Of a stretch of 64,000 nucleotides of DNA, positions 55,336 to 64,000 are shown piece by piece. Below the pieces are notes generated by a model that was not told the origin of the DNA, did no database searches, and worked only from the letters and a program-made list of their open reading frames with translations. Origin of the DNA: Prevotella sp. Its GTDB lineage: Bacteria; Bacteroidota; Bacteroidia; Bacteroidales; Bacteroidaceae. The stretch is from assembly GCA_022771625.1 (NCBI GenBank), contig JALFCW010000057.1, forward strand, positions 7,119 to 71,118, read 5' to 3'. Positions within the stretch are counted from its first letter, which is position 1. The number at the start of each line of letters is the position of its first letter. The position numbers were made by a program, and so were the translations under genes.

Positions 55336-56013
55336 ATGACTGGTTTTTACGGAAATTATCACAAGGTATTCGTCTCAGTTGACTGTATTATCTTTGGCTT
55401 CGACGAAGGCGAATTGCGTGTGCTGATAGGCAGGCGCCAAATGGATCCGGGCCGTGGTGAATGGTCACTTTATGGTGGTTTTGTTCGTCATGACGAGAGT
55501 ATTGACGAGGCAGCCAACCGAGTGCTAGCAGAACTTACAGGTCTGAACAAACTGTTTATGCGTCAGGTAGGAGCATTTGGTAAAGTTGACCGTGACCCAG
55601 GCGAACGAGTTATATCAATAGCCTATTATGCGCTGATTAACGTAAAAGATTATGACGATGAGCTGCGCAGGCAGCACGGAGTGGAATGGGTTAACATCGA
55701 CAACGTGCCGACGATGTACTCCGACCACAACAAGATGATAATAAAGGCACGGAAAATGATGCAGGAAAAAGTGTCGCGCGAACCAGTAGGTTTCCGCCTC
55801 CTTCCCCCACTCTTCACGCTAACCCAGCTACAGCATCTCTATGAGGCCATCAACGGAGAGGAAATGGACAAGCGCAACTTCCGCAAGCGCATCAAGGAAA
55901 TGGATTTTATAGAGAAGACCGAACTCATCGACAAGACGTCATCCAAGCGCGGAGCATTTCTCTACCGTTTCAATAAACATGCATACAAAGAGGACCCGAA
56001 TTTCAAACTTTGA
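55336..56013 (+). CDS. araR: Nudix-fold transcriptional regulator (NrtR family), AraR-like
   Basis: 225 aa. Nudix fold with a degenerate Nudix box (GGFVRHDESIDEAANRVLAELTGL) and a C-terminal winged-helix-like region. It sits between the transporter and araD, as reported for Bacteroides AraR. Confidence 0.7.
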   Translation: MTGFYGNYHKVFVSVDCIIFGFDEGELRVLIGRRQMDPGRGEWSLYGGFVRHDESIDEAANRVLAELTGLNKLFMRQVGAFGKVDRDPGERVISIAYYALINVKDYDDELRRQHGVEWVNIDNVPTMYSDHNKMIIKARKMMQEKVSREPVGFRLLPPLFTLTQLQHLYEAINGEEMDKRNFRKRIKEMDFIEKTELIDKTSSKRGAFLYRFNKHAYKEDPNFKL

Positions 56014-56076
56014 GTCCCTATATATATCAAAAATAATACATTATCTATAAATTTAATAAAGAAAGGAAAAAAGACT

Positions 56077-56778
56077 ATGTTAGAGGAACTTAAAGAAAAA
56101 GTTTTCAAGGCAAATCTCGACCTTGTAAAACACAATCTTGTAATCTTCACATGGGGCAACGTTTCGGGTATTGACCGAGAGAAAGGCCTCGTTGTAATCA
56201 AACCGTCGGGCGTAAGCTATGACGATATGAAGGCATCAGATATGGTGGTTGTTGACCTGCAGACAGGTAAGGTTGTAGAAGGAAATCTCAATCCCTCATC
56301 CGACACCCCTACCCATCTTGTGCTCTATCGCACCTTCCCCGAAATTGGCGGTGTTGTACACACCCACTCCACCTATGCCACAGCATGGGCACAGGCTGGT
56401 AAGGACATTCCAAATATCGGAACTACCCATGCCGACTATTTCCACGACTCAATCCCTTGCACCGATGCCATGACAGAGGCAGAGGTAAAGGGCGACTACG
56501 AGCTCGAGACCGGTAATGTCATTGTGAAGCGTATTAAGGATGGCAACATCAATCCTGTTCACACTCCCGGAGTATTGGTGAAGAACCATGGTCCTTTCTC
56601 ATGGGGCAAGGATGCTGACAATGCAGTGTATAACGCCGTAGTAATGGAGCAGGTGGCAAAGATGGCATATATCTCGTTCACTCTCAATCCATGGACCACA
56701 ATGAATCCCTTGCTTGTTGAGAAGCATTTCAGCCGCAAGCATGGTCCCAACGCTTATTACGGTCAGAAAAAACATTAA
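56077..56778 (+). CDS. araD: L-ribulose-5-phosphate 4-epimerase
   Basis: 233 aa. [51 protein letters not shown] is close to the enterobacterial AraD N-terminus. Zn-binding His residues are present (VHTHS). Confidence 0.95.
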   Translation: MLEELKEKVFKANLDLVKHNLVIFTWGNVSGIDREKGLVVIKPSGVSYDDMKASDMVVVDLQTGKVVEGNLNPSSDTPTHLVLYRTFPEIGGVVHTHSTYATAWAQAGKDIPNIGTTHADYFHDSIPCTDAMTEAEVKGDYELETGNVIVKRIKDGNINPVHTPGVLVKNHGPFSWGKDADNAVYNAVVMEQVAKMAYISFTLNPWTTMNPLLVEKHFSRKHGPNAYYGQKKH

Positions 56779-56822
56779 AATACAATAATAAATAAATCTA
56801 ACAAAATTAAAAACTTAAAGTC

Positions 56823-58364
56823 ATGGTTAAAGCATTTGACAACTACGAAGTATGGTTCGTAACAGGTGCACAGCTCCTTTATGGAGGTGATGCAGTAGTA
56901 GCAGTTGATAGTCACTCAAAGGAAATGGTAGCCGGTCTCAACGACTCTGGCCGCCTGCCTATCAAGGTAGTTTATAAGGGCACTGCCAATTCATCGGCAG
57001 AGGTAGAAGCCATTATGAAGGCTTCCAACAACGACGAGAAGTGTGTTGGTATCATCACATGGATGCACACCTTCTCTCCAGCCAAGATGTGGATCAAGGG
57101 TCTGCAGGCACTCCAGAAGCCTCTTCTCCACTTCCACACCCAGTACAACGCAGAGTTGCCATGGGATACCATCGATATGGACTTCATGAACCTCAACCAG
57201 TCGGCTCATGGCGACATCGAGTTCGGTCATATCTGCAGCCGCATGCGTATTCCCCGCAAGGTTGTTGTTGGTCATTGGAAGAGCGCCGAGGCTCAGGAGA
57301 GCATCGCCGTTTGGTCGCGCGTTGCAGCAGCTGTAGCCGATTCCCACAATGTACGCTGTCTGATGTTCGGTATGAACATGAACAACGTAGCCGTTACCGA
57401 CGGTGACCGTGTTGAGTTTGAGCAGCGTCTTGGTTATCATGTTGACTACTATCCAGTATCTAACCTCATGGAGTATTGGAAGCAGGTGTCTGACGAAGAG
57501 GCAGATGCACTTGTTGAGGAATACAAGAAGGCCTACACCATCAAGATTGACGAGTCGGGCGAAGAGGTATATTGGGAGAAGGTAAAGCATGCTGCAAAGG
57601 CCGAGATTGCTCTGCGTCGCGTGTTGAAGGAAGAAGGTGCAACAGCCTTCACCACCAACTTTGACGACCTCGGTGAGGCAGACATCAACGACCCGAACTT
57701 CATCGGTTTCGACCAGATTCCTGGTCTTGCATCACAGCGTCTGATGGCCGAGGGTATCGGATTCGGTGCTGAGGGTGACTGGAAGACCGCTTGTCTCTAT
57801 CGCTCACTGTGGGTGATGAATCAGGGTCTTGCCAAGGGATGCTCATTCCTTGAGGACTACACACTCAACTTTGCAGCCGACTGCACATCATCTCTCCAGA
57901 GCCACATGCTTGAGGTATGTCCTCTCATTGCTGTTGACAAACCCACACTTGAGGTACACTTCCTCGGTATCGGTATCCGCAAGGAGCAGACTGCACGTCT
58001 CGTCTTCACATCCAAGACAGGTAAGGGTATCAAGGCAACAGTTGTTGACCTCGGCAACCGCTTCCGTCTTATCACAAGTGAGGTAGAGTGTATCGAACCT
58101 AAGCCAATGCCCAAGCTCCCCGTAGCATCCGCTCTCTGGGTTCCGCAGCCTACATTCGAAATCGGTGCTGGTGCATGGATTCTCGCAGGTGGTACTCACC
58201 ACAGTGCATTCTCTTACGACATCACTGCCGAGTACTGGGAGGACTTCGCCGAGATGGTAGGTATCGAATATGTCAACATCGACAAGAATACCACCATCAG
58301 CGGCTTCAAGAAGGAGCTTCGCAACAACGAGGTATATTACATGTTGAACAAGGCGTTGAGATAA
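56823..58364 (+). CDS. araA: L-arabinose isomerase
   Basis: 513 aa. The [14 protein letters not shown] start and the overall length are typical of AraA. It lies between araD and araB. Confidence 0.92.
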   Translation: MVKAFDNYEVWFVTGAQLLYGGDAVVAVDSHSKEMVAGLNDSGRLPIKVVYKGTANSSAEVEAIMKASNNDEKCVGIITWMHTFSPAKMWIKGLQALQKPLLHFHTQYNAELPWDTIDMDFMNLNQSAHGDIEFGHICSRMRIPRKVVVGHWKSAEAQESIAVWSRVAAAVADSHNVRCLMFGMNMNNVAVTDGDRVEFEQRLGYHVDYYPVSNLMEYWKQVSDEEADALVEEYKKAYTIKIDESGEEVYWEKVKHAAKAEIALRRVLKEEGATAFTTNFDDLGEADINDPNFIGFDQIPGLASQRLMAEGIGFGAEGDWKTACLYRSLWVMNQGLAKGCSFLEDYTLNFAADCTSSLQSHMLEVCPLIAVDKPTLEVHFLGIGIRKEQTARLVFTSKTGKGIKATVVDLGNRFRLITSEVECIEPKPMPKLPVASALWVPQPTFEIGAGAWILAGGTHHSAFSYDITAEYWEDFAEMVGIEYVNIDKNTTISGFKKELRNNEVYYMLNKALR

Positions 58365-58368
58365 GAAT

Positions 58369-59961
58369 ATGACAGCAAAAGAAACAATCCAACAGGGTAA
58401 AGCCATTCTCGGTATTGAGTTTGGCTCTACCCGTATCAAGGCCGTTCTCATCGACGGTGAAAACAAACCTATCGCACAGGGTAGCCACGAGTGGGAGAAC
58501 CAGCTTGTTGACGGACTCTGGACCTACAGTACCGAGGCCATTTGGTATGGCTTACAGGACTGCTATGCCGACCTTCGCAAGAACGTGCTTGCCGAGTATG
58601 ACATCGAGATTGAGGAACTTGCCGCTATTGGCATCAGTGCCATGATGCACGGCTATATGGCCTTCAACGACCAACAGAATATTCTCGTTCCCTTCCGCAC
58701 ATGGCGCAACACCAATACCGCCAAGGCAGCCGCAGAACTGTCGGAGCTATTCGTGTATAACATTCCTCTCCGTTGGAGCATCTCACACATCTATCAGGCA
58801 ATCCTCGACAACGAGGAGCATGTGGCAGACATTGACTTCCTTACCACTCTTGCCGGCTACATCCACTGGCAACTCACCGGTAATAAGGTGCTTGGCATAG
58901 GCGATGCCTCAGGTATGCTGCCTATCGATCCCGAAACACACAACTACTCTGCCGCTATGGTTGAGAAATTCAACAAGCTCATTGCTCCCAAGGGATTCAA
59001 ATGGACATTGCTCGACATTCTGCCTGAGGTGTTGAATGCTGGCGAGAATGCCGGTTTCCTTACTGCCGAGGGTGCACAGAAACTCGACATCTCTGGACAC
59101 CTGAAACCAGGTATTCCACTCTGTCCTCCCGAAGGCGATGCTGGCACTGGTATGGTGGCTACAAATGCCGTAAAGCAGCGCACAGGTAATGTGTCTGCCG
59201 GAACATCTTCTTTCTCAATGATTGTATTGGAGAAAGACCTCAGCAAGCCATACGAAATGATTGATATGGTGACAACACCCGATGGTTCTCTCGTTGCTAT
59301 GGTTCACTGCAACAACTGTACAAGCGACCTCAATGCATGGGTGAATCTCTTTAAGGAATATCAGCAACTACTTGGTATTCCGGTAGATATGAACGAGGTA
59401 TTCGGCAAACTTTATAACAATGCCCTTACAGGTGATGCCGATTGTGGTGGACTTATCGCCTACAACTATATCTCAGGCGAACCAGTAACTGGTCTTGCCG
59501 AGGGACGCCCCATGTTCGTGCGCTCAGCCAACGACAAGTTTAACCTTGCCAACTTCATGCGCGCCAACCTCTACGCCTCTGTCGGTGTGCTTAAGATAGG
59601 CAATGACATTCTCTTCAACGAGGAGCATGTCAAGGTTGACCGTATCACTGGTCATGGCGGTTTGTTCAAGACCAAGGGTGTAGGTCAGCGTGTCCTCGCA
59701 GCTGCCATCAACTCTCCCATCTCCGTAATGGAGACCGCAGGCGAAGGTGGAGCATGGGGTATCGCCCTTCTTGCATCTTACCTTGTTAATAATAACAATG
59801 GTTCTACCCTCGCCGATTGGCTTGAGTCGAATGTCTTCGCAGGCAACACTGGCGTTGAGATTGCACCGACAGCCGAGGATGTAGCCGGATTCAACAAGTG
59901 GATCGAGAACTACAAGCGCGGTCTTGCCATTGAACAGGCAGCTGTTGACAATAAGGCTTAA
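58369..59961 (+). CDS. araB: FGGY-family carbohydrate kinase, probable ribulokinase
   Basis: 530 aa. FGGY N-terminal motif [17 protein letters not shown] and a C-terminal GHGGLF motif. It sits in the ara operon context. Confidence 0.8.
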   Translation: MTAKETIQQGKAILGIEFGSTRIKAVLIDGENKPIAQGSHEWENQLVDGLWTYSTEAIWYGLQDCYADLRKNVLAEYDIEIEELAAIGISAMMHGYMAFNDQQNILVPFRTWRNTNTAKAAAELSELFVYNIPLRWSISHIYQAILDNEEHVADIDFLTTLAGYIHWQLTGNKVLGIGDASGMLPIDPETHNYSAAMVEKFNKLIAPKGFKWTLLDILPEVLNAGENAGFLTAEGAQKLDISGHLKPGIPLCPPEGDAGTGMVATNAVKQRTGNVSAGTSSFSMIVLEKDLSKPYEMIDMVTTPDGSLVAMVHCNNCTSDLNAWVNLFKEYQQLLGIPVDMNEVFGKLYNNALTGDADCGGLIAYNYISGEPVTGLAEGRPMFVRSANDKFNLANFMRANLYASVGVLKIGNDILFNEEHVKVDRITGHGGLFKTKGVGQRVLAAAINSPISVMETAGEGGAWGIALLASYLVNNNNGSTLADWLESNVFAGNTGVEIAPTAEDVAGFNKWIENYKRGLAIEQAAVDNKA

Positions 59962-60013
59962 TTGTTGCAAAGCAGCGAAATTATTGAAAAAAATTCTTTC
60001 CAAAAAATTAAAG

Positions 60014-61582
60014 ATGAAAAGAGTACTTACAACTATAACACTGTCTGCAGCGATGTCTGCAGCAGTGTTTGCAGAAAATGCAACTGTGACAATCCACGCC
60101 GATCAGGGCAAGCAGAAAATCCATAAAGAAATCTACGGCCAGTTTGCCGAGCATCTTGGTTCATGTATCTACGGAGGTCTGTGGGTAGGTGAAAACTCCC
60201 AGATACCTAATATCAATGGTTATCGTAAGGATGTGTTCGATGCTTTGAAGGCTCTTCAGATACCCGTACTCCGTTGGCCTGGCGGTTGCTTCGCCGATGA
60301 GTATCACTGGATGGACGGAATTGGTCCTAAGGAGAAGCGTCCCAAGATGCAGAACAACAACTGGGGCGGCACCATCGAGGACAATTCCTTCGGTACTCAC
60401 GAGTTCCTCAACCTCTGCGAGATGCTCGGTTGCGAACCCTACATTAGCGGTAACGTTGGTAGCGGCACTGTTGAGGAGCTCGCCAAGTGGGTGGAGTATA
60501 TGACCAGCGATGGCGATACCCCTATGGCAAAACTGCGTCGTCAGAACGGACGTGACAAAGCATGGAAGGTGAAGTTCCTCGGTGTCGGCAACGAGAGCTG
60601 GGGATGTGGTGGAAGCATGCTTCCCGAATACTACGCCGACCTTTACCGTCGCTATCAGACCTACTGCCGCAACTACGACGGCAACAATCTGTATAAGATT
60701 GCCAGTGGTGCGAGCGACTACGACTGGAACTGGACAAAGGTGCTGATGGAAAAGGCTGGTCACACCATGAACGGTATCTCCCTGCATTACTACACCGTAA
60801 CAGGATGGTCAGGCAGCAAGGGAGCCGCTCTCAAGTTCAATCCCGATGAATACTATTGGACAATGGGCAAGTGCCTTGAGGTAGAAGATGTCATCAAGCG
60901 TCATGCCGCTATTATGGACCAGAAAGACCCCGATAAGAAGATTGGTCTTTTGCTCGATGAATGGGGAACATGGTGGGACGAGGAGCCCGGCACAATCCCT
61001 GGTCACCTCTATCAGCAGAACACTATGCGCGACGCTTTCGTGGCAGCGCTCTCACTCAATGTCTTCCATCGTCACACCGACCGCCTTCGTATGGCAAACA
61101 TCGCACAGGTGGTAAACGTGCTCCAGTCGATGATCCTCACCGACCAGAAGGGCACTGGTCACATGGTTCTCACTCCCACCTATCACGTCTTCGAGATGTA
61201 CAAGGGATTCCAGGAGGCCACCTATCTTCCTTGCGATGTCAACGTTGACTCAATAGAGGTGCGCGGTGACGATCACGCCAAGGATGGTCGCAAGGTACCT
61301 GCCGTGAGCACATCGGCCGCCAAGAAAGCCGATGGCAGCATTATCATGTCGCTTGCCAACGTATGCCTCGACAAGGCTCAGACCCTCACCATCAACCTCG
61401 ACGGAGCTCAGGCAAAGTCAGTGAGCGGCCGCATCCTCACCTGCAAGAATATCACCGACTACAACGACTTCGACAACACTCAGGTAGTAGTTCCCACTGC
61501 ATTTAAGGACGCAAAAATAAAGAAAAACGTGCTTACAGTGAAAATTCCTGCCAAATCTATCGTTGTTCTCGATATAAAATAG
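60014..61582 (+). CDS. secreted alpha-L-arabinofuranosidase (GH51)
   Basis: The track ORF starts at 59924 and overlaps araB. The ATG at 60014 gives a signal peptide (MKRVLTTITLSAAMSAAVFA). GH51 motifs: LRWPGGCFADEYHW, GVGNESWGCGG (acid/base Glu) and LLLDEWGTWW (nucleophile Glu). Confidence 0.88.
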   Translation: MKRVLTTITLSAAMSAAVFAENATVTIHADQGKQKIHKEIYGQFAEHLGSCIYGGLWVGENSQIPNINGYRKDVFDALKALQIPVLRWPGGCFADEYHWMDGIGPKEKRPKMQNNNWGGTIEDNSFGTHEFLNLCEMLGCEPYISGNVGSGTVEELAKWVEYMTSDGDTPMAKLRRQNGRDKAWKVKFLGVGNESWGCGGSMLPEYYADLYRRYQTYCRNYDGNNLYKIASGASDYDWNWTKVLMEKAGHTMNGISLHYYTVTGWSGSKGAALKFNPDEYYWTMGKCLEVEDVIKRHAAIMDQKDPDKKIGLLLDEWGTWWDEEPGTIPGHLYQQNTMRDAFVAALSLNVFHRHTDRLRMANIAQVVNVLQSMILTDQKGTGHMVLTPTYHVFEMYKGFQEATYLPCDVNVDSIEVRGDDHAKDGRKVPAVSTSAAKKADGSIIMSLANVCLDKAQTLTINLDGAQAKSVSGRILTCKNITDYNDFDNTQVVVPTAFKDAKIKKNVLTVKIPAKSIVVLDIK

Positions 61583-61590
61583 TATCTTTG
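61583..61590 (+). promoter_or_regulatory. candidate -7 promoter box (TAtcTTTG) for tkt
   Basis: TATCTTTGCAG begins directly after the GH51 stop codon, about 60 nt upstream of the tkt ATG. Confidence 0.4.
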
Positions 61591-61649
61591 CAGCCGATAT
61601 CACAATCTCTTAAGTAAAAACATGTAACTCATTATAAAACTTTAAAAAG

Positions 61650-63674
61650 ATGAATGACAAGAATCTTATGAACAAGGCAGCGGATAACATCCGTATCCTC
61701 GCTGCCTCAGCTGTAGAAAAAGCAAAGAGTGGTCACCCTGGTGGTGCCATGGGTGGTGCAGACTTTATCAACGTGCTCTATAGCGAGTACCTGAAGTATG
61801 ACCCCCAGAATCCCGAGTGGGTAGGTCGCGACCGTTTCTTCCTCGATCCCGGCCACATGGCTCCGATGCTCTATTCACAGCTTACCCTTATCGGCAAGTT
61901 TACCCTCGACGAACTTGCTCAGCTTCGTCAGTGGGGTTCTCCGACCACCGGTCACCCCGAGTTTGAGATCGCCCGTGGTATTGAGAACACTTCTGGTCCT
62001 CTCGGTCAGGGTCATGTGTTTGCCGTAGGTGCTGCCATTGCCGCCAAGTTCTTGGCTGCCCACACAGGAAACCCCACCTTCGATAAGGAGACAATTTATG
62101 CATATATCTCCGACGGTGGTATCCAGGAGGAGATTTCTCAGGGTGCAGCCCGTATTGCATCAGTTCTCGGTCTTGACAACCTCATCATGTTCTACGACTG
62201 CAACGACATCCAGCTCTCTACTGAGACCAAGGAAGTTATGAACGAGGACACAGCCGCCAAGTATCGTGCCCTTGGTTGGGAGGTATTCGAGATCAACGGT
62301 AACGACGTTGACCAGATTCGCGAGGCTCTCGACAAGGCAAAGAAGGTAGAAGGCAAGCCCACCCTCATCATCGGTAAGTGTATCATGGGTAAGGGAGCCC
62401 TCAAGGCCGACGGTTCTTCTTATGAGGCCAACTGCAAGACTCACGGTGCTCCTCTTGGTGGCGACGCCTTTGTCAACACTATCAAGCACCTTGGTGGCGA
62501 TCCCGAGAACCCCTTCCAGATCTTCCCCGAGGTCAAGGAACTCTATGCCAAGCGTGCCGAGGAGCTCAAGGGCATCTGCGCCGAGCGTTATGCCGAGGAG
62601 AAGGCATGGGCAGATGCTAATCCTGAGAAGGCTGCCCAGCAGGCAGAGTGGTTTAGCGGCAAGGCTCCTAAGATTGACTGGAGTAAGTGCGTGCAGAAGG
62701 ACAACGACGCTACACGTAGCGCATCTGCCGCTTGTCTGAGCGTATTGGCACAGCAGGTACCTAACATGATCTGCGCTTCAGCCGACCTCTCCAACTCTGA
62801 CAAGACCGACGGCTTCCTCAAACAGACAAAGGCACTCGTCAAGGGCGACTTCAGCGGTGCATTCTTCCAGGCAGGTGTTGCCGAGCTCACTATGGCATGC
62901 TGCTGCATCGGTATGTCTCTGCATGGTGGTGTAATCCCCGCCTGCGGTACATTCTTCGTATTCTCAGATTATATGAAGCCCGCCGTACGTATGGCAGCCC
63001 TCATGCAGTTGCCCGTTAAGTTCATCTGGACCCACGATGCATTCCGTGTTGGTGAGGATGGACCTACCCACGAGCCAGTTGAGCAGGAGGCACAGATCCG
63101 CCTGATGGAGAAACTGAAGAACCATGCCGGCAAGAACTCTTGCCTCGTACTCCGTCCTGCCGATGCCAAGGAGACAACCGTAGCTTGGGCAATGGCAATG
63201 GAGAATATGGACACACCTACAGCCCTTATCTTCAGCCGTCAGAACATCAACAACCTTCCTGAGGGCAACGACTACGAGCAGGCTCGCAAGGGAGGATATG
63301 TAGTGGCAGGTTCAGATGAGAATCCCGATGTAGTTCTCGTTGCCACTGGTTCTGAGGTATCAACCCTCGTCAGCGGTGCCGAACTCCTCCGCAAGGATGG
63401 TGTCAAGGTGCGCATCGTGAGTGTACCTTCAGAGGGTCTGTTCCGCACTCAGAGTGCAGAGTATCAGCAGAGCGTTGTTCCTGTCGGAGCCAAGGTATTC
63501 GGTATGACCGCCGGTCTGCCTGTCAATCTCCAGGGCTTCCTGATTGGTGCTGCTCCCGAGTCAAAGATTTGGGGACTTGAGAGCTTCGGTTTCTCAGCAC
63601 CTTACAAGGTTCTCGACGAGAAGCTCGGTTACACCGGTCAGAACGTTTACGAACAAGTAAAAGCGATGTTGTAA
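61650..63674 (+). CDS. tkt: transketolase
   Basis: 674 aa. SGHPGGAMGGADF, a GDG-type ThDP motif region (ISDGGIQEEISQGA) and HEPVEQ. Confidence 0.95.
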   Translation: MNDKNLMNKAADNIRILAASAVEKAKSGHPGGAMGGADFINVLYSEYLKYDPQNPEWVGRDRFFLDPGHMAPMLYSQLTLIGKFTLDELAQLRQWGSPTTGHPEFEIARGIENTSGPLGQGHVFAVGAAIAAKFLAAHTGNPTFDKETIYAYISDGGIQEEISQGAARIASVLGLDNLIMFYDCNDIQLSTETKEVMNEDTAAKYRALGWEVFEINGNDVDQIREALDKAKKVEGKPTLIIGKCIMGKGALKADGSSYEANCKTHGAPLGGDAFVNTIKHLGGDPENPFQIFPEVKELYAKRAEELKGICAERYAEEKAWADANPEKAAQQAEWFSGKAPKIDWSKCVQKDNDATRSASAACLSVLAQQVPNMICASADLSNSDKTDGFLKQTKALVKGDFSGAFFQAGVAELTMACCCIGMSLHGGVIPACGTFFVFSDYMKPAVRMAALMQLPVKFIWTHDAFRVGEDGPTHEPVEQEAQIRLMEKLKNHAGKNSCLVLRPADAKETTVAWAMAMENMDTPTALIFSRQNINNLPEGNDYEQARKGGYVVAGSDENPDVVLVATGSEVSTLVSGAELLRKDGVKVRIVSVPSEGLFRTQSAEYQQSVVPVGAKVFGMTAGLPVNLQGFLIGAAPESKIWGLESFGFSAPYKVLDEKLGYTGQNVYEQVKAML

Positions 63675-63675
63675 T

Positions 63676-64000
63676 ATGGAAGTAAAGACAGTTGGAGTAG
63701 CTTGCGATCACGCAGGTTTCGCATTAAAGAAATATGTGCTCCAGTACTTGGACGAGCATGGCTATGCCTATAAGGACTTTGGCACATATAGCGACCTCAG
63801 CTGCGATTATCCCGACTTTGGCCATGCCTTAGGCGAAGCCATTGAGAGCGGAGAAGTATATCCTGGCATTGCCGTCTGTGGTAGTGGTGAGGGTATCAGC
63901 ATCACTCTCAACAAGCATCAGGGAGTTCGCGCAGGTCTTGCATGGATACCTGAGATTGCCCATCTCTGCCGTCAGCACAACGATGCCAACGTACTGGTTA
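63676..64000 (+). CDS. rpiB: ribose-5-phosphate isomerase B, N-terminal 108 codons (runs off the right edge)
   Basis: Absent from the ORF track. My translation from the ATG at 63676 reads MEVKTVGVACDHAGFALKKYVLQYLDEHGYAYKDFGTYS...GIAVCGSGEGISITLNKHQGVRAGLAW, typical of the RpiB/LacAB family. Confidence 0.88.
   Translation, partial: MEVKTVGVACDHAGFALKKYVLQYLDEHGYAYKDFGTYSDLSCDYPDFGHALGEAIESGEVYPGIAVCGSGEGISITLNKHQGVRAGLAWIPEIAHLCRQHNDANVLV

Noticed and set aside
59924-60013. Upstream extension of the GH51 ORF overlapping the end of araB
   Set aside because: The extension has no signal-peptide character and overlaps araB by 38 nt. The ATG at 60014 yields a textbook signal peptide, so the shorter start was used. 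The same logic applied to the starts at 12185, 15293, 23535, 37473, 40157 and 45053.

Overview
This window looks like a Bacteroidota chromosome segment, probably Prevotella- or Bacteroides-like. That assignment is an inference from four things: a Bat aerotolerance operon, TAnnTTTG-type promoter boxes, type V pilin-like lipoproteins and a Nudix-type AraR. Nearly all genes are on the + strand. From left to right: thrA (- strand, runs off the left edge); a MoxR/DUF58/BatA-E operon in which BatB-BatC and BatD-BatE are each a single ORF; PAP2, queA, an Smr protein, nadE, a GH53 galactanase and an EamA transporter; a repeat-dense convergent spacer; truA (-) and yjbQ. Next comes a roughly 24-kb co-directional island (19.5-43.2 kb) of 13 genes: a DUF3575-like barrel, a DUF5119/Mfa2-like anchor and eleven fimbrillin-family lipoproteins. 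Three of the eleven are tandem double modules and four carry GLUG-like C-terminal domains. After the island: an ABC-F ATPase with one coherently degenerate ATP site, grpE, dnaJ, folC, a galM-transporter-galK cluster, and an arabinose cluster (exported mutarotase, Na+ symporter, AraR, araD, araA, araB, GH51) followed by tkt and rpiB (runs off the right edge). I saw no rRNA, tRNA, CRISPR array, transposase or integrase. The island is my best candidate for a novel system. It appears to be a hyper-expanded type V pilus or adhesin locus, with a G10 tract beside its promoter. All family names come from motif recognition by eye, and no database search was possible. Coordinates of non-ORF features were hand-counted and may be off by 1-2 nt.
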